Shown here one piece after another: positions 62,380 to 64,000 of a stretch of 64,000 nt of DNA (its first letter is position 1; the number at the start of each line of letters is the position of its first letter). Location: the NCBI GenBank assembly GCA_964016885.1, contig OZ024740.1, forward strand, positions 45,508,001 through 45,572,000. The letters are read 5' to 3'. The translations under genes were made by a program, and so were the position numbers. The DNA is from Eledone cirrhosa (taxonomy: Eukaryota). A model generated the notes under the pieces. The model did no database searches and had not been told where the DNA came from. It saw only the letters and a program-made list of their open reading frames with translations.

Positions 62380-62890
62380 TGTTACCCGATGGTCATAACT
62401 CGAGGCTGAAGTTGGTAGAGAAAAGAAGAGATCTTTTCTAGCTGGTATTGACATCTTAGGCTCTCAGGCTGCAAGTTGCATTGTTCTTGGTCGCGAAGGA
62501 TTACCAAGAAGGAATCATCACAAGCTAAGGTCGCAGGTGTTACCACTTCGGAAATCGGGAAGCAAGAGAGAGATATCGTGGTAACCTGCTCCTTTTATAG
62601 GAGTTGACCGGAAGTGACCAACAGGGAGTCTGTCAATCCCAAAGGGAAGCAACTCCAGCTACTTCCTGTCTAGAGAGCGGTGATGAGATTGACATGACAA
62701 GGGAGGCAACTCTTGCTACATTATCCCCCGCCAGATTTTTAAAACATAAAAATCGAAAGAAGCATGCATGGAGTAAGATGGCGAGCATGTAAGAGGCATG
62801 AAAATTATGGTACAAAGTAATAAAAGTACGAGAAGAGGTCAAAAGTTCAAATATCTAAAATACAGTTCACATGTGTGCAATCACATGACA
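62380..62890 (-). mobile_element. Possible LTR fragment
   Basis: Minus strand ends GGGTAACA; has CTATAAAAGG and an ETS site; no TSD confirmed. Confidence 0.35.
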
Positions 62891-63329
62891 GCAGTAAAGA
62901 ATGTGTTCCAGAGAATGAATGCAGGTGGTTTCTGGTCTGTGGTATAACATGAAATTTCCAACTTCCGAAGGGAATTTCTCACAGGCAGAGTGCTGCAGAA
63001 ATAAATTGTCTGGCTTGTTCTGCTGGTTTTAGTTGTTGATGAAGCTGTGTTGTTGTTGATGATGTTGTGAATGCGTTGACCTGGAAGGGTCAAGAGGCCA
63101 GCGACCAGAGAAATAAGCATTCTTAATAAATGCGCGGTTTTCAACGGCAAATTTATGTGGTAAATTTATAAACCGGCAAATAGAAGAATATAGCTTAAAA
63201 TGTTCGTTGTAAAGGAAACGAAAAACATATATATACATCCAGTGAAATGGTAATGAGAGGTACATTGTAATACAATAAATCAATAAATAACAAGAACAGT
63301 AAAAAAAAAATATAAGGCCAATGGCCAGT

Positions 63330-64000
63330 TCACATAAAAATAGTTTGGCAGAACTTTTTGGGCCAGTGGACTCTCCGACCGGAACGGGTCGTAGTCTTGT
63401 ATGTAGGTGAAGGTGGGGCAGAAGGAGCAGGTGTATGCACAAGAGAGAAAGATTGGGGTATTTGTGGCTCGGGTGTATGAGCGTCATTGTGTGCCCTTTT
63501 CAGTCTATCCACCGAAATTGTCTCTCTGGACCCCTTAACGTCTACAGTGAAATGTTTGTCAGTGCGTGCTAACACACGGTAGGGTCCAGAGTATGGTTGT
63601 GTGAGGGGTGGTCTCACAGCATCGTTCCTTACGAACACATGGGTCCACGAGATGAGATGGGACTCGAATTGTCTACCACGGTCTGTGGTGAGTGTAGTTG
63701 GTACCCCAAAGCGGGTAATCCACCCTGATACCAGGGCACGTGCTACAGTCTCAGCAGTCATGTCTTGTAAAGGGATGGCTTCAGGCCATCGCGAAAAACG
63801 ATCGACACACATCAATATGTAAGAATATCCACTGCTGAATGGCCAAGGTCCAACGATGTCAATGTGGATGTGTTGAAACCGAGCATCTGGAGTACTGAAA
63901 GTACCAAGTGGAGTCCGGATGTGTCTATGGATCTTCGATTTCTGGCAAGCGATACAGGAACGGCACCAAGCAGCAATGTCGCGCCTCATATTTGGCCAGA
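63330..64000 (-). mobile_element. Ty3/Gypsy pol integrase fragment, internally deleted
   Basis: CxxC of the HHCC finger, IHIDIVGP, VDRFSRWPEA, TTDRGRQFES, then directly the GPY motif (PYSGPYRV) and TRSGRRV. Confidence 0.92.

Overview
AT-rich, repeat-dense animal genomic DNA, most likely an octopod cephalopod (inferred from the SINE and RTE-LINE repertoire; not provable here). Two intron-rich host genes lie on the minus strand and both run off the window. SMC4 contributes its first 8 coding exons (19275 to 5510, with Walker A [9 protein letters not shown]) plus a likely non-coding first exon and promoter near 21.1 kb. TBC1D31/WDR67 contributes its last 11 recognisable coding exons (60102 to stop at 43095). 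All exon chains were traced by hand through GT-AG sites with consistent phases. The rest is mobile DNA: RTE LINEs (one near full length), tRNA-derived SINEs, Penelope-like fragments, Helitron, Tc1/mariner and pogo-like remnants, a Gypsy integrase fragment, a solo LTR and minisatellites. Most notable: (1) a 3.05-kb fold-back Merlin transposon with two inverted transposase cores and an 8-bp TSD; (2) three well-formed hammerhead ribozyme motifs in Penelope-type ends, plus four short palindromes carrying hammerhead-like cores on both strands, three of which share a GTACTCAATA flank; (3) oppositely oriented young LINE copies bracketing a frame-shifting SMC4 exon. No CRISPR, rRNA or true tRNA genes were seen.
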